Source of the DNA: Leucoraja erinacea
Taxonomy: Eukaryota
NCBI RefSeq assembly: GCF_028641065.1
Contig: NC_073391.1
Span: forward strand, 24,490,001-24,554,000
DNA: 64,000 nt
Direction of reading: 5' to 3'
Made by a program: the position numbers and the translations under genes. The notes below the pieces were generated by a model, which saw only the letters and a program-made list of their open reading frames with translations, did no database searches and was not told where the DNA came from. This document shows, piece after piece, positions 62,690 through 64,000 of the stretch. Numbering within the stretch: the first letter of the stretch is position 1; every line of letters begins with the position of its first letter.

Positions 62690-64000
62690 CTAGTTGTTAA
62701 TAGAGAGAAAATAACTGAGCGTAATACAGAAAGAAACAGAACTGTTGTCAACCTCCAACAATTGAGTCACGTCAGAAGGATTTGATTAGAATGTAGGAAT
62801 GGAATAAGGAAGCTGGGAATGCATGGATTTTCATAGTTGATAAACTTTTGAATGGTGTCAAGGAAGTCACAGGGTATGAATATAATAATAGCCTCAAAAT
62901 ATCACAACAGAAACTACGTGTATATGAAATTCCTTTCCACTATTTTCATGGAGCAAGTTGTTTCATTTAAATGAATTAGGAAAATAGCAGACCAAGGAAA
63001 GTCATAAAACATGATGGCTCTTTTTCATTATACATGCAATATCTTCTATACATATTTAAGGTTGACATTTAAAGAAAAATAATACAAAAACACTTATTAT
63101 CCTCAAGAATTCAGATTGTCATTCAATTCTGTTTAATTTTGTCTGCCAGTTGAAAGTTACCTTGTAAAATTTTATAATAATTGGTTTAACATATATCTTA
63201 TTAAAGGGTACTAATATTATTGGATGCAAATATGCCAACTTCCGTCGGAAAAGGACTGACATAGATTAACTTCCTTGAAACACAGCATTACTCTTGAAGA
63301 CCTAAATTTTGGTTTAATTGTGCTAAATAATTTGAGTTTTGTTTCCATTCGAAGTGCTGAAAGATCTGAACTTGGATTTAATTTGTTTTTCTATAATCTG
63401 GGTCACATACAGATATAATCTTGCTTCAGCAAGGCACCATTAAGAAAATAAATGCTTATTATTTTCATTTTTGTATTGCTTGGCCCGATTTTGTAGCTAA
63501 AGTGAATTAATAGAATTATAGATATCTTGTAAGGTTAGGGGAATTGCTCTGAGAGACATTTTGTTAGTTCAGATTCATCCTGCTGTATAAATCATGTACA
63601 GGTACTGTATGAAACAAAGCCTTCCTGGTTGCAAACAAAATAGAGAAATAGAAACAATAAAATGCAGAATGCAGATAAATGGATAAATGGATAAATTGAT
63701 ATAATGATGAAGAAACGTATTGGTAATATTAATCAAGATGATTTTGTTCATTATTTTAACTGTCTCTTTAAGTCATCTGAAGACATTGGTGCAACATGAC
63801 ATTCTGAGGATACACGGCAGTATTATATAACCAAATGTTCCTCTCTTGTACTCGTTTCCAATTTTCTTCTGAAAAAAAATAGCTGAAGTTGGGTTAAGAT
63901 CTTACCTGCTTTGGCAATCAACAGCCTTTACTTTCCCTAACTTTATGCCCAAGTCTGGTTGGAGCTGGTGGGTTTTTTGAGAATGCAAGTGGAGGACATC

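Noticed and set aside
63765-63880. Minus-strand acceptor-like ttttttttcag with a short open frame
   Set aside because: The frame ends in a stop, with no convincing donor and no homology.
63901-64000. Strong minus-strand donor CAG|GTAAG at 63906/63905 as another HSPA12A exon
   Set aside because: The frame needed for a phase-1 junction has TAA and TAG stops just upstream, and the peptide does not resemble HSPA12A.

Overview
This window is vertebrate genomic DNA, very probably from a cartilaginous fish (skate/ray). That is inferred from HE1-type V-SINEs, HER1/CR1 LINEs and abundant Penelope-derived repeats. The only host gene I can support is the 3' half of HSPA12A (atypical Hsp70) on the minus strand: five GT-AG coding exons (62603-62689, 61395-61499, 57682-57940, 56402-56505, 53024-53661) that splice in frame to a TAA stop, followed by an AT-rich 3' UTR. 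The ~52 kb downstream has no recognisable host exons. It is a mosaic of CR1, Rex1/Babar and Tx1 LINE fragments, V-SINEs, Penelope-like fragments carrying minimal hammerhead ribozyme cores, non-autonomous Helitrons (one tandem pair), hAT, Tc1-pogo and Harbinger-like remnants, four N gaps and two CTCF-like motifs. The best leads are: an unassigned CpG-rich, decayed coding-like island at ~32.5-33.15 kb (possible endogenous viral element); a ~1 kb TAG...CTA element with a 7-bp TSD present as an inverted pair; hammerhead-bearing fold-back Penelope derivatives; a hAT element carrying Penelope ORF sequence nested in a Helitron tandem; and an isolated hairpin with 86-bp arms. Repeat boundaries and family names were read by eye and are approximate. 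I cannot show that any of these is a new biological system.
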